Assembly (NCBI GenBank): GCA_963780425.1
Contig: CAWABZ010000015.1
Location: 147,816 to 211,815 of the forward strand
Source of the DNA: an uncultured Chloroflexia bacterium
Lineage (GTDB): Bacteria > Chloroflexota > Limnocylindria > Limnocylindrales > CSP1-4
Direction of reading: 5' to 3'
DNA: 64,000 bases
The position numbers and the translations under genes are program-made. Positions 9,720-18,652 of the stretch are shown here, piece after piece. How positions within the stretch are numbered: position 1 is the stretch's first letter; each line of letters opens with the position of its first letter. The notes below the pieces were generated by a model. It made no database searches, was not told the origin of the DNA, and was given only the letters and a program-made list of their open reading frames with translations.

Positions 9720-9998
9720 CTAGGCGTTATCCAGCTCCCGGTCCATGGCCCGGAGGATGAACCTGGCCGCCTCGGCGCTCTTGCCGCCGAGCTTCTCGCC
9801 CTCGTCCTGGTCGAGCGCGAGCTTCATGTCGGTCAGGTATCGCTCGAGCGCGGGCGTCAAGACCAGCGAGCCGTCGTCGAAGGCCCTCTCGAGACGCGCG
9901 ACGATGGCCCTGGCGTTGTCCACCGTGTGGCCCTTCGCGACGATCAGGTCACGTACATCCCTCCGGGCCTCGTCGGCTCCCGGGCCGACACTCGTCAA
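9720..9998 (-). CDS. Hypothetical protein (92 aa), translationally coupled to the upstream GNAT gene
   Basis: Its ATG overlaps the GNAT stop (ATGA at 9995..9998). Amino-acid composition is ordinary. No family recognised. Confidence 0.5.
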   Translation of the reverse strand: MTSVGPGADEARRDVRDLIVAKGHTVDNARAIVARLERAFDDGSLVLTPALERYLTDMKLALDQDEGEKLGGKSAEAARFILRAMDRELDNA

Positions 9999-10687
9999 GA
10001 GAACCGCCTGACCGTCCGCCGGATGAGATCGCCCGTCGGCCGTGCCGCGGATGCGACCGTCTCGGCGCCGACAGCCTCGGCCTCCACGCGCAGGCCCTCA
10101 CGTTCGGTGTCGTCCTCGATCTCGGCCGCCCGCAGCCGCCGCCAGTCCGACTCGAGCACGCTCATCGCGAGCTCGTCCCACCAGCGACCGTCACGGAAGA
10201 TCGATTCGCGGGCGCGCCCCTCGATGACGAAGCCGCTGCGCTTGTAGGTCCGGATGGCCCGCTCGTTGAACTCGAACACGAACAACGCGATGCGGTGTAG
10301 TCCGAGCGGCCCGAACGCGTGCTCGAGCATCAGGCGCGTCGCCTCGGTCCCGTAGCCTCGGCCCCACGCGTCCTTCTCGCCGATCGTGATGTGATACAGG
10401 GCGGAGCCGTTGTCCCCGTCGAGCTGGCTGAATGCACACGTGCCGACGAGGCGATCCGATCCCCGCACGTGGATCGCCATCGCCAGCGCGTCGGGGCCGA
10501 CGACCCGCGCGGTGAAGAACCGCTCGATCTCCTCGGCGCGCATCGGCGCTTCCTGGTAGCGAGCCAGCCGGGCGATCTCCGGGTCCGAGTACCACCGCCG
10601 GAAGGCCTCGAGGTTCTCCGGCGTGTGCCGGCGCAGCACGACGCGCGACCCCGTCAGGACCTCCGGGAACCATGTTCGCGGCGCCAT
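9995..10687 (-). CDS. GNAT-family N-acetyltransferase (RimJ/RimL-like)
   Basis: Motifs LRRHTPENLEAFRRWYSDPE, GEKDAWGRGYGTEA and IRTYKRSGF. I chose the start at ATG 10687 (MAPRTWF) because the track start 10753 would overlap the divergent ligase gene. It has a C-terminal extension of about 60 aa. Confidence 0.75.
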   Translation of the reverse strand: MAPRTWFPEVLTGSRVVLRRHTPENLEAFRRWYSDPEIARLARYQEAPMRAEEIERFFTARVVGPDALAMAIHVRGSDRLVGTCAFSQLDGDNGSALYHITIGEKDAWGRGYGTEATRLMLEHAFGPLGLHRIALFVFEFNERAIRTYKRSGFVIEGRARESIFRDGRWWDELAMSVLESDWRRLRAAEIEDDTEREGLRVEAEAVGAETVASAARPTGDLIRRTVRRFS

Positions 10688-10713
10688 CGGCGGAACCGTA
10701 TACCATCCCCGCC

Positions 10714-12442
10714 ATGCGCCGCTGGAGCGAGCTGGCCGAGCGCGTGGCGGCAACGACCCGGACCTCCGAGAAGACCGCCCTCCTGGCCGACTACCTGCGC
10801 AGCCTGAGCCCCGAGGAGCTGCCGATCGCGGCCGTCTTCCTGACCGGGCGGCCCTTCCCTGAAACCGACCAGCGGACCACCGGGCTCGGGTGGTCGTCGA
10901 TCGTGGCGGCGGTCGGCGCGCTTACTGGCGCCACCCGCGAAGACCTCGCCGAGGCGTACGACCGCCACTCCGACCTCAGCCTGTCGGTGCGAGGACGTGC
11001 TCACGCGGGCCGGTCATGCACCGCCACCCGAGGTGAGCCCGACGCTCCCCGAGGTGGCCGCCGCGTTCGCGGCGATCGAGACCGCCTCGGGGCCGGCCGC
11101 CAAGGCGCAGCTGCTGCACGCGCTCCTCGTGCGCGCCGACCCGCTCACGGCGAAGGCCATCGTGAAGGTGCTCGGTGGCGAGCTGCGCATCGGGTTGCGC
11201 GAGGGCCTGGTGGAGGCTGCGATCGCCAAGGCGTTCGATCGCCCGATCGAGGACGTCAAATGGGCCGGCATGCTGACCGGCGATATCGGCCGTCTCGCCA
11301 CGCTCGCGCGCGACGGCAAGCTCGGCGACGCAGAGCTCGCGCTGTTCCACCCGCTCAAGTTCATGCTCGCCTCACCGGCGGAGGACGCCGACGAGATCAT
11401 CGGCCGGCTCGGCCCCGAGGTCTGGGTCGAGGACAAGTACGACGGGATCCGCGCCCAGCTCCACAAGCGCGGCTCGGACGTCCGCCTCTACTCACGGGAC
11501 CTCCATGACGTGAGCAACCAGTTCCCCGAGATCGTCGAGGCCGCCCGGCCGCTGCGCTGGACCGGCGTCATCGACGGCGAGATCCTCGCCTACAAGGACG
11601 GCTTCGTCCTGCCCTTCATCAGCCTCCAGGCACGCCTCGGCCGGAAGACGCCGTCCGACCAGATCAAGACCGACATCCCGGTCGTCTACGTGGCCTTCGA
11701 CCTGCTCGCGCTCGGGCCCGGCGACGACGCCGACGGCGACGCCACCGTCGAACCGTTGCTGCGCGAGCCGCTCCGGACGCGCCGCCAGCGGCTCGACCGG
11801 ATCGATCTCCCGCTGGTCGAGGACGGCGGACGCTTCACGCGGTCACATCTCGGGGTGGCGCGCGATGCCGATGCGCTCGAGGTCGCCTTCGCCGACGCGC
11901 GCGGCCGGCGCAACGAGGGCCTCATGGTCAAGGACCCGACGAGCGGCTACTCGCCGGGGCGGCGCGGCCTCGGCTGGCTGAAGATGAAGAAGGCGCTCGC
12001 GACGATCGACTGCGTCGTCGTCGGCGTCGAGGTCGGTCACGGGAAGCGCCATGGCGTGCTGTCCGACTACACCTTTGCGGTCCGCGACGGGGAGACCAGC
12101 AAGCTCGTCAACATCGGCAAGGCCTACAGCGGGCTGACCGACGCGGAGATCGCCGAGATGACCGAGTGGTTCGAGGCGCACACGATCGCCCGGTTCGGCC
12201 GCTACCGGCAGGTCGAGCCGACCGTGGTGGTCGAGATCGCCTTCGACGTCATCGTCCGGAGCAAGCGACACGGATCCGGGTTCAGCCTCCGCTTCCCGAG
12301 GATCCACGCCCTGCGGCGCGACAAGACCGTCGACGAGATCGACACGGTCGCGACCGTCACGGCGCTGTACGAGGGCCTCCAGCATGGGTCGGAGCTGCTC
12401 GTGACGGCGGGTGCTCGGACGGTGCCACCGGAGCCTGTCTGA
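10714..12442 (+). pseudogene. ATP-dependent DNA ligase (DNA-binding, adenylation and OB domains) with one apparent +1 frameshift near nt 10990
   Basis: The N-terminal DNA-binding domain is in frame 1 (MRRWSELAERVAATTRTSEKTALLADYL...AYDRHSDLSLSV). The protein continues in frame 2 (EDVLTRAGHAPPPE...). It has motif I EDKYDGIRAQL, plus GLMVKD and WLKMKK. Confidence 0.85.
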
Positions 12443-12479
12443 CCGCGCCGTGACGACGGCCGCCGCGTATCCTTGACCG

Positions 12480-13064
12480 ATGTTCGACGCGCTCGGCGGG
12501 ATGCCTCCACAGCAGATCCGGCTGACCCTGTACACGGACTCGTTCGTGATCCACGGCTCGCTGACGACTCGCCAGCGGCGCGTGACCGACATGCTCAACA
12601 TGGCCGAGGATCGGTTCCTGGTCCTGTCCGACGTGACGACCGACGAGTTCGGCACGCGCGGCGAATCGATCCGGGCCGAGTTCGCCCAGGTCAACCTCGC
12701 GTCGGTCCTCTTCGCGGTCGTCAATGAGCCGGTCGAACCCGCACCGGAGCTGCGCACGCCGAAGATCCCGGAAGAGGCGCTGATCTCCGTGCCGCCCTTC
12801 AAGGTGACCGGGTTCATCCACCTGATGCCGGAGCGCAGCCTGCGCGACGCCCTTTCCGAGCTGACGGGGCATTTCCTGCCCGTGACCGGCGCGACCTACT
12901 GGTCGGACGTCCTGGGCGAGGCCCGCACGACCGCCGAGCTGCTCGCGGTCAATCACGAACGGGCCCAGATCCTGGCCCCGCACCGCGTGTCGGATCCGTG
13001 GGCGGGGCTGGACAAGGTCACGCCCGGACCGGAGCCGCCGCCGCCGGAACCGACCGGCTGGTAG
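12480..13064 (+). CDS. Hypothetical protein (194 aa)
   Basis: Clean ORF with protein-like composition and a Pro-rich C-terminal tail. No family recognised. Confidence 0.6.
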   Translation: MFDALGGMPPQQIRLTLYTDSFVIHGSLTTRQRRVTDMLNMAEDRFLVLSDVTTDEFGTRGESIRAEFAQVNLASVLFAVVNEPVEPAPELRTPKIPEEALISVPPFKVTGFIHLMPERSLRDALSELTGHFLPVTGATYWSDVLGEARTTAELLAVNHERAQILAPHRVSDPWAGLDKVTPGPEPPPPEPTGW

Positions 13065-13086
13065 GTCCGGGCACGCAGCTCTGCCG

Positions 13087-13938
13087 CTAGCGGTCGACCG
13101 GAAGGTCGAGCCGGTTGCCCCACTCGGCCCAGCCGCCGTCGTAGACGGCGACATCGTCGTGGCCGAGCAGGCTCAGCACGAACGCGAGCTTCGCGGCCGC
13201 GACACCCGACCCGTCGTACGCCACCATCCGGCTCCCGCGGCTGACGTTCGCGGCGTGGAGTCGATCACGCAGGTCGCGGCCCTCGCGCAGGCGCTGGCTG
13301 CCGGCCGCATGCATCGAGCCGACCGGGACGTTGATCGCCCCCGGGATGTGACCGAGTCGTCGGGTATTGCCCTCGAAGCCGCGGTATTCGGCCGGGGCCC
13401 GCGCGTCGAGCAGCGTGACCCCCGGGGCACCGAGCAGGCCGCGGACATCCGACGTCGTCATGTGGAGCCGGTTCGGGCCGCGCGGTGTGAACGGGGTCAG
13501 CGGCTCCGGCGGGGTCTCGCTACTCCCACGCTCGATCGGGCGGCCCTCCGCCTCCCACGCCGGGAACCCGCCGTCGAGGATCCGGACATGCTCCGCGCCG
13601 TAGGTCCGGAACGTCCACCACACCCGCGCCGCGTACAGCCCCTGGGTGTCGTCGTAGATGACGATCGTCGTCTCGTCGCCGATACCCGTTCTGCCCGCCG
13701 TCGCCGCGACCCGGCCGGGCGACGCGACGCGGATGGCATCGCCCGCCTGATCCATGTCGACGAGGTCGGCCCGCCAGTCGACCGAGACCGCTCCCGGGAT
13801 GTGGCCCGCGCGATGGACGTCCGCACCGGTCCCGTCCGGGCGCCAGCGGGCGTCGAGGATGCGAACACCCGACCGGCCCAGGTGCTCTGCGAGCCATTCG
13901 GTCGTGGCGAGGATCTCGGGTCGGGCCAGGCCGGACAT
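13087..13938 (-). CDS. Two-domain rhodanese-like protein (3-mercaptopyruvate/thiosulfate sulfurtransferase family) lacking the catalytic Cys
   Basis: Rhodanese signatures GHIPGAVSVDW and GHIPGAINVP are present. The active-site loop reads YDGSGVAA (Asp codon 13213..13215) where this family has C[GR]xGxx. The protein has no Cys at all. Confidence 0.8.
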   Translation of the reverse strand: MSGLARPEILATTEWLAEHLGRSGVRILDARWRPDGTGADVHRAGHIPGAVSVDWRADLVDMDQAGDAIRVASPGRVAATAGRTGIGDETTIVIYDDTQGLYAARVWWTFRTYGAEHVRILDGGFPAWEAEGRPIERGSSETPPEPLTPFTPRGPNRLHMTTSDVRGLLGAPGVTLLDARAPAEYRGFEGNTRRLGHIPGAINVPVGSMHAAGSQRLREGRDLRDRLHAANVSRGSRMVAYDGSGVAAAKLAFVLSLLGHDDVAVYDGGWAEWGNRLDLPVDR

Positions 13939-13945
13939 CGTCGGT

Positions 13946-15193
13946 ATGATACGGGCCGTGGCCGCCCCCCAACCCCCTGACGACGGGCGACTCGCGGCCG
14001 TCAGGGCGGCGCTCCCCGCGCTCGAGGCCGGTATCTACCTGAACACGGGCTCGGTGGGGCCGCTGCCTGCGGAGACGGCGGCCGCGATGGCCGAGCTGGC
14101 CGACTACGAGCTCCGGACAGGCCGGGCGCACATGGCGTATTACGAAGAGATGCTCCAGCGCATGGCCGAGGCGCGTGCCGCGGTCGCCGCCGTGCTCACG
14201 GCCGACGTCACTGACATCGCGCTCACGCATTCCACCACCGACGGCATGAACATCGGGATCTGGTCGATCGACTGGCGGCAGGGCGACAGGGCCGTGACGA
14301 CAAGCCTCGAACACCCGGGCGGGATCGGCGCCCTGTACAACCTGCGCGACCGGCTCGGCATCGAGATCGACTTCGTCGACGTCGGGCCGTCGCGCGATCC
14401 TGATGACGTCCTCGCCGACTTCGACCGCGCGATCGACCAGCGAACACGGGCCGTTGCGATCTCCCACGTGCTGTGGGCCTCGGGCACAGTGCTGCCGATC
14501 GCACGGATCGCCGAGATGGCCCACGCGCGCGGCGCGATCCTCGTCGTCGACGGCGCGCAGAGCGCGGGTGCGAGGCCCGTCGATCTCGCGGCGACCGGCG
14601 CAGACGTCTACGCGATCCCCGCCCAGAAGTGGCTGCTCGGGCCCGAGGGCATGGGCGCGGTCGCGGTGGCGCCGGTGGTCCGCGATCGGCTCGCGCCGGC
14701 CTACGGCGGCCATTTCACGTTCGAGACGGTCGACTCGAGCGGGACCGCGGCGCGGTGGCCGGACGCTCGCCGGTTCGAGGCGTCGAACTATCACCGCCCA
14801 TCGATCGTCGGCATGGCCCGCTCGATCGGCTGGATGAGCATGTTCCTGGGCCTCGACTGGGTTTACGGGCGGGGCGCGGCGATGGCGCAGGCGGCCGCCC
14901 ACCGGCTGGCCGCGATCGACGGCGTCGAGGTCGTCACACCGATCGACCGGATGGCGACGCTCGTCGCGTTCCGGATCGCCGGCTGGCCTGCGCAGCTCGC
15001 GCTCGACGAGCTGAGTGCCCGGGTGTTCGCGGTCGCCCGGACCGTGACGCTGATCGACGCGCTTCGGATCAGCGTCGGGTTCTTCACCTCGGAAGACGAG
15101 CTCGAGCGATTCGCCGGCACCGTCGAGCTGCTCGCGGGCCATTCGCCGGAGACGATGCCGCCTCGCCGGACGCTCACGATCCTCAGTGGCTGA
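13946..15193 (+). CDS. Class-V-fold PLP-dependent enzyme (aminotransferase / cysteine-desulfurase-like family)
   Basis: ATG 13946. Motifs HVLWASGTVLP, VVDGAQSAG and AIPAQKWLLGPEG (PLP-Lys region). The protein contains no Cys. The track start 13754 overlaps the divergent rhodanese gene. Confidence 0.75.
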   Translation: MIRAVAAPQPPDDGRLAAVRAALPALEAGIYLNTGSVGPLPAETAAAMAELADYELRTGRAHMAYYEEMLQRMAEARAAVAAVLTADVTDIALTHSTTDGMNIGIWSIDWRQGDRAVTTSLEHPGGIGALYNLRDRLGIEIDFVDVGPSRDPDDVLADFDRAIDQRTRAVAISHVLWASGTVLPIARIAEMAHARGAILVVDGAQSAGARPVDLAATGADVYAIPAQKWLLGPEGMGAVAVAPVVRDRLAPAYGGHFTFETVDSSGTAARWPDARRFEASNYHRPSIVGMARSIGWMSMFLGLDWVYGRGAAMAQAAAHRLAAIDGVEVVTPIDRMATLVAFRIAGWPAQLALDELSARVFAVARTVTLIDALRISVGFFTSEDELERFAGTVELLAGHSPETMPPRRTLTILSG

Positions 15194-15581
15194 CGGGGCG
15201 CCGGTCCGGCGACGCTCCTGGGCGGAGGTCCGCTGGCGCCAGTTCCGCAACGCTCCCCGGCCGGTCGTGCGGGCCGTGTCGTCCAGCTTGGTCATCGCCG
15301 TCGTGCTGGCCGTCGCGTACCTGGCCTACGACCTGGCGCTCCTGCGCGGCGCGGACCTCCCGGGCGGCGACCTGCGGCCCCTCGCCTTGGTCGTCTATGC
15401 CGCCGCCGTGCTGGCGGTCGGCACCGTCGTCACCTACCTCGTCGTGCCCCAGCCGACGGGCTCCGGGACGGTCCGGCGACGGAGCGCCTGGAGTGCCGCG
15501 CTCGGGTTCTTCGCCGCCGTGCCGATCGCCTGGCTGGTGATGGTCGTGACGCTCCAGCTCATCCGGCCGATGCTCGTGTAG
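15186..15581 (+). CDS. Hypothetical membrane protein
   Basis: GTG 15186 overlaps the upstream stop. Several hydrophobic helices (SLVIAVVLAVAYLAY, LALVVYAAAVLAVGTVV, AALGFFAAVPIAWLVMVV). Confidence 0.55.
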   Translation: MADGAPVRRRSWAEVRWRQFRNAPRPVVRAVSSSLVIAVVLAVAYLAYDLALLRGADLPGGDLRPLALVVYAAAVLAVGTVVTYLVVPQPTGSGTVRRRSAWSAALGFFAAVPIAWLVMVVTLQLIRPMLV

Positions 15582-15736
15582 AACCTTGTCGCGCGAGTGC
15601 AACACCAATGGCGACCCGACGATGCGGATCGTCTAGTCCATCCGTACCATTCCCGCTACCCTGCGCTGGGCATCATCATCCGGCGTGTCTTCCGGGGGAT
15701 CCAGGGAGACCACCGCATCACCCTTCGAGGTTCCGC

Positions 15737-16039
15737 GTGTCCATCGACGAGCAGCATGTCGCGCTCCCGAAGCTCTACGGAGCACCGGCCTACGCCCGCC
15801 CGCCGGCTGTGGCGGCGACGGTGGAGAGGCCGTTCGATCCGGATGATCTCCCGATCGAGGCATTCCAGACCGAAGAGGACAGGGCGTTCGCCGCGACATT
15901 GCCGGCTCGGGCCTGGGCGCCCGGTGGTGGCGCGCTCGATGGCCGGCGGGCCGATGGCCGCGGCAACGATGCGTCCTTCAGCCTGACCGGGCGGAGCCTG
16001 AGCCTTCGCTCGATCGCCGGCAAGCTGCTCGGCGACTGA
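15737..16039 (+). CDS. Hypothetical protein
   Basis: A GTG at 15737 gives VSIDEQHVALPKLYGAPAYARPP.... The upstream part of track ORF 15608..16039 is Pro/Arg/His-rich and unlikely to be coding. Confidence 0.4.
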   Translation: MSIDEQHVALPKLYGAPAYARPPAVAATVERPFDPDDLPIEAFQTEEDRAFAATLPARAWAPGGGALDGRRADGRGNDASFSLTGRSLSLRSIAGKLLGD

Positions 16040-16088
16040 CCCGGCCGCGTCCGACCGATCGCACCCGCTCCGGGTGTAGCATCGACGC

Positions 16089-16164
16089 GGGGGAGTAGCT
16101 CAACGGTTAGAGCGGCGGGCTTATATCCCGCTGGTTCCAGGTTCGAGTCCTGGCTCCCCTACCA
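16089..16164 (+). tRNA. tRNA-Ile, anticodon TAT (reads AUA), CCA encoded
   Basis: Cloverleaf folded by hand. Acceptor 16089..16095 pairs with 16154..16160 (G1-U72 wobble). D stem is GCTC/GAGC. Anticodon stem is GCGGG/CCCGC with loop CTTATAT (anticodon 16122..16124). Variable loop is TGGTT. T arm is CCAGG-TTCGAGT-CCTGG. Discriminator is A, followed by CCA. Confidence 0.85.
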
Positions 16165-16185
16165 GCCATCCTCCGACCCGCTGTG

Positions 16186-16947
16186 TCAGCGGGCGGCCCC
16201 GCGAACCGTCTCTGCGACCTGCTGCCGACGGCCCTCGGTCAAGCTGCGCTGTGGCGGCAGCGCGTCGATCCACGAGACGAGCTGGTCCTGGTCCAGCACC
16301 GCACAGTCCGTCGTCCGTGGCACTGTCGGCTCGGGTCCGACGACCGCGGCATACACCTTGACGACGAAATCGGCGTCGTCGTGGCCGAGCCAGCGTCGGA
16401 CGCGTTCGGCGTCGCGGGCCGCGCGGTCGAGCGGATTCTCGATCGCGATCCAGCCGCGCCTCGTGCGGAGCTCCCAGTGTCCCTCGCGGATGCGCGTCAC
16501 TGCGGCGGGTGGTAGCTCGCGGACGACGGCGGCACCGAACGGTCCGATGACGAGCTCCGACACACCCCGTCCGTCTGGGAGCGTGATGCCCGTCGCGACG
16601 ATGACGTCGTCGGCGACCCCGTCGAGTGCGCGGATCGTCGCCGACCGCCGCGGGATCCGGCCGCGAACCGATGCAAGGATCCGGACGAGCCGGTTCGTGC
16701 CCACGAGCACGAGACCTGCGGGTGCGACGAGGGCGATCGCCCAGACGGCGGCACCGGTCGCCATCTGACCCGCGTCGAGGCGCCCTTGCGGGAGCACCGA
16801 ACGCAGCACCGGCGTCGCGAGGGCGACATAGGCGAGGACGATGCCCGTGACGATGAGCACGGTCCCGATGACGGTGCCCCCGAGGAGCGGCGCGATCGAC
16901 GGTCGTCGGGCCGCCTGGGACGGCGTGGATGACCTCCATGTGGCCAT
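16186..16947 (-). CDS. Membrane-anchored NERD (nuclease-related domain)-like protein
   Basis: Start at ATG 16947 (MATWRSS...). Two N-terminal TM helices, then a NERD-like core (VSELVIGPFGAAVVRELP...WIAIENPLDRAARDAERVRRWL). The upstream part of track ORF 16186..17508 is Arg/Pro-rich. Confidence 0.6.
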   Translation of the reverse strand: MATWRSSTPSQAARRPSIAPLLGGTVIGTVLIVTGIVLAYVALATPVLRSVLPQGRLDAGQMATGAAVWAIALVAPAGLVLVGTNRLVRILASVRGRIPRRSATIRALDGVADDVIVATGITLPDGRGVSELVIGPFGAAVVRELPPAAVTRIREGHWELRTRRGWIAIENPLDRAARDAERVRRWLGHDDADFVVKVYAAVVGPEPTVPRTTDCAVLDQDQLVSWIDALPPQRSLTEGRRQQVAETVRGAAR

Positions 16948-17190
16948 CCTCGGGAGCACGCCCGCGAGCGTCGATGGGCGAACCGGGGTAAGCGATGCGG
17001 CCGGTGGGACCACGGCGCACACCGGACCGCACCTCACCCGACACGCCCGGGCGTGGCCTGGTGCTCGGCTGCACCGCGCCTGTCGGCGGGCGCGCACCGG
17101 ACCCCCGTACCATTGCTCGCCCCTCGCGGGAAACGCATCCTCGCGCTCAGGATGCAGCGTCCCGACCGTCACCCCAGACCCCCAGTCACG

Positions 17191-18652
17191 ATGCTCGACC
17201 CAGGCCGCTGGCAGGCCCGGATCTGTGCGTCGATCGTGGCCGTCCTCCTCCTGCTGTCGGCCGTCGCCCCGGCATGGGCGGGCTCGGGTCCGACCCGACT
17301 CTCCGACCCGTCCGCGTCGCCGCGTTCGGGAACAACGACGACGACCGTGGCGATCACCGTCGGATACCGGAATCGCGAGGGATCGCCCGCCAACTGGGTA
17401 CGCGTGACGGTCGCCGGGTCGGCACGCACGATGGTCCGGACGAGTGGCACCGATTGGAAGCGGGGCGTGACATTCCGCTGGGCAGGGCGGTTGCCGGTCG
17501 GTTCGCACGCCATCTCGATCCAGGCGATGAGTCGCGACCGGTTCTCCGACACGATCTCCGCGGGGACGGTCACGATCTCTCCGCCGCCGACGCCGAAGCC
17601 GACCCCGCGCCCGACACCCCGCCCGACGCCGAGGCCGACCGCGCGCCCGACGCCGCGTCCCACGCCGAAGCCGATCGCGGCACCCGTCGCGGCTGTGCCG
17701 ACCACCGCCCCGACCGCGACGCCAACCGCCGCGCCGACAGAGACTGCGTCAGCCTCACCAAGCCCGACCACCAGCCCATCCATGAGCCCGGCGCCGAGCG
17801 AGGACGCCGTGGCGGTCGTGCCCGGACTGGTCAGCACGCCGCCCGGTGGCGGCAGCACCAGCCCAGCCGGGAGCCCCCGTCGGGCCGTCCGCCGGGGGAG
17901 GGGACAACGGACCATTCGATGCCTTCGAGGCCGGCATCGACCTTCTGACGAGCGGTCGCCCGTCCGTGCCGCTCGGTCTCGTTGCGACTCTCGTCACGAC
18001 GTCCGGCGTGGTCGGCGCGACGCTGGCGTTCGGCGTGTTCGGCAAGCGTCGCCGGGACGGCGAACAGCCGGCCCCGGACGACGTGCTCCATCACAACGCC
18101 TCCAGCCCCCTGGCGATCGCCGCCGCGGCCGCCTACGCGGACAGCCTGGCGCCCGGTTCACACGCGGGCGTCGCCGTGGCGAACGCTCCGCACCCGCTCG
18201 ACACCGAGATGGCGATGCCCCGCTGGCGCCGTCCGTCGCTTCTCGAGGCCCGCAGGGCCGACCCGATCCGCGACGCGACCGAGGCGCCGCGCCTGACCTT
18301 CGACCACGGGCTGGTCGGGCCGATCGACGGGCGCGAGCGTCGACTCATCCGCTACAACCTCGTCCGGCTGCTCGACATGCCCGATGAGCTGCGCGGGACC
18401 GAGCTCGCCTTCCTCGACCAGGGCGACGAGGTCCAGCTCCTCGAGAAGCGTGGCAGCTACTGGCTGGTCCTCTGTCCGGACGGCCGCCAGGGCTGGATCC
18501 ACAAGATGACCCTCGGCGACGTCATCGGCGACGCGCCGATCCAGAGCACGCCGACCGCGACGATGCCGATCGCGGCCGACACGTGGACGATGGGCGACGA
18601 CGTCGATGGCGACGTCCTCGCCGCCTACATGGAGAGTCGCCGCCGGGCCTGA
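17191..18652 (+). pseudogene. Single-pass membrane protein (signal peptide, extracellular domain, Pro/Thr linker, TM helix, cytoplasmic SH3-like domain) with one apparent +1 frameshift between 17786 and 17900
   Basis: Frame 1 reads MLDPGRWQARICASIVAVLLLLSAVAPAWA...(TPRP)n...PGGGSTSPAGSP. Frame 2 continues VGPSAGGGDNGPFDAFEAG...VPLGLVATLVTTSGVVGATLAFGVFGKRRR...GDEVQLLEKRGSYWLVLCPDGRQGWIHK. Candidate slip sites are the C5 run 17874..17878 and the G5 run 17894..17898. Confidence 0.7.
17581..17672 (+). repeat. Low-complexity tandem (T/K)P(R/K)P-coding repeat inside the membrane-protein gene
   Basis: Encodes PPTPKPTPRPTPRPTPRPTARPTPRPTPKP. The nucleotide units ccgacgcc/ccgacacc recur with a 12-nt period. 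Confidence 0.7.
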
